From the IMG/VR virus record IMGVR_UViG_3300044498_000050: a DNA stretch of 42,729 nucleotides. The stretch is one strand, 5' to 3'. Positions 42,199-42,729 of this stretch are shown piece after piece. This DNA comes from a virus. The notes below the pieces were generated by a model. The model was not told the origin of the DNA, ran no database searches, and saw nothing but the letters and a program-made list of their open reading frames with translations. Position 1 is the first letter of the stretch. The number at the start of each line of letters is the position of its first letter. The position numbers and the translations under genes are program-made.

Positions 42199-42729
42199 AT
42201 GAATAGCCAACCTATACAGCCGCACCTAAGCGAGCGCGACGACGCCAACTCGCGCGATGTGTGCGATGCCATCGGCAACCTCGTAAACAAGCTCGTGCCC
42301 CATGGCTTGCCCGTGCCACTCACCTTGCGGCAGGTAGCCCAAGGCTTGCTGACCATCGACCAGATGGATCCCGAGACAGGCGTCGTCCATCCTCACCCCG
42401 GCGGCGCTGCCCGTGCCCGCCTTGCCCACTTCCTGGCCGACCTCATGCCGGATCGCAACATCTTCAAGGGTGGCTACAAGTTGTACATGGAGCGCAATGG
42501 GCTGCCTGTGGTGCCGGTGTGCTCGTGGTTTTTCGATAACGTGTACGCGCCGGCCGACGATGCCCTGTTGCAGCTACCGGGCATGACCAAGGCCGAGGTC
42601 AAGGAAGCGTTGCCGCGTGCTGGAGCACCTACAGCCGGCATCGTGATATTCCCCAAGGGATCGGAGCATCGCTTGCTCTACACCTTCGTGATGCACAAGA
42701 GCGCACGGACCCTGGGCATGGTGGACGCC
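42199..42729 (+). CDS. hypothetical protein, 5' portion of the junction-spanning gene (about 230 aa in total; continues to 265)
   Basis: ATG 42199 after AAGGAAG. The frame is open to the window end and so is not in the track. It continues through the duplicated 127 bp. Confidence 0.6.
   Translation, partial: MNSQPIQPHLSERDDANSRDVCDAIGNLVNKLVPHGLPVPLTLRQVAQGLLTIDQMDPETGVVHPHPGGAARARLAHFLADLMPDRNIFKGGYKLYMERNGLPVVPVCSWFFDNVYAPADDALLQLPGMTKAEVKEALPRAGAPTAGIVIFPKGSEHRLLYTFVMHKSARTLGMVDA
42603..42729. repeat. 127-bp terminal overlap, identical to 1-127
   Basis: Read directly. Confidence 0.95.

Noticed and set aside
1-42729. Lysogeny module, tRNA genes or other mobile elements.
   Set aside because: I found no integrase, recombinase or transposase motifs in any frame, and no cloverleaf-compatible sequence in the few intergenic gaps. 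The only HTH proteins are small and not paired with an integrase. The absence rests on reading by eye, not on a search tool.

Overview
The window is a complete, GC-rich tailed-phage genome assembled as a circle. Bases 1-127 are identical to 42603-42729, so the unique length is 42,602 bp, and one gene spans the junction. Gene content looks short-tailed (podovirus-like): I see no tape-measure, tube or sheath genes, but there are large low-complexity ejection-type proteins and three tail-fibre genes. I recognise no integrase, tRNA, CRISPR array or endolysin.

The genome has two transcription arms.

(1) The plus-strand early/replication arm runs from a divergent control region at about 36.1-36.5 kb, across the junction, to a bidirectional terminator at about 10.59 kb. 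It encodes small early genes, a GP88-like Cys-rich protein, a DUF6011-type protein, a membrane peptide, a HicA-like protein and a SprT-like protease. These are followed by a ParB-like protein, a Cas4-like exonuclease, a family A DNA polymerase, a primase/SF3 helicase, a VRR-NUC nuclease, an SNF2 helicase and an HTH protein. Two Sec-signal secreted proteins close the arm.

(2) The minus-strand packaging/virion arm runs from about 36.1 kb down to 10.6 kb. It starts with a TerS-like gene, an 18-bp iteron array, a 173-aa protein and a SAM methyltransferase. Four small envelope proteins are translationally coupled to TerL. Portal, Zn-ribbon, scaffold and capsid genes follow, then head/tail accessory proteins and ejection-type proteins interrupted by a PP-loop (PAPS-reductase-like) enzyme. 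Three modular fibre genes and two tiny terminal genes end the arm.

The observations I rate highest are:
- a GC-clamped TTTACA motif (CGTTTACACGCT) scattered 14 times around the genome, far above chance;
- the iteron and inverted-repeat array between the TerS-like gene and the rest of the packaging operon;
- a canonical SGGxDS PP-loop enzyme embedded among ejection proteins, with a ParB-like protein and a SAM methyltransferase elsewhere in the genome;
- the ATGA-coupled envelope-protein cassette feeding into terL, in a genome with no recognisable endolysin;
- repeated operator-like and promoter-like elements in the early region.

All functional calls rest on motifs I can read in the translations and on gene order. 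No database search was possible.
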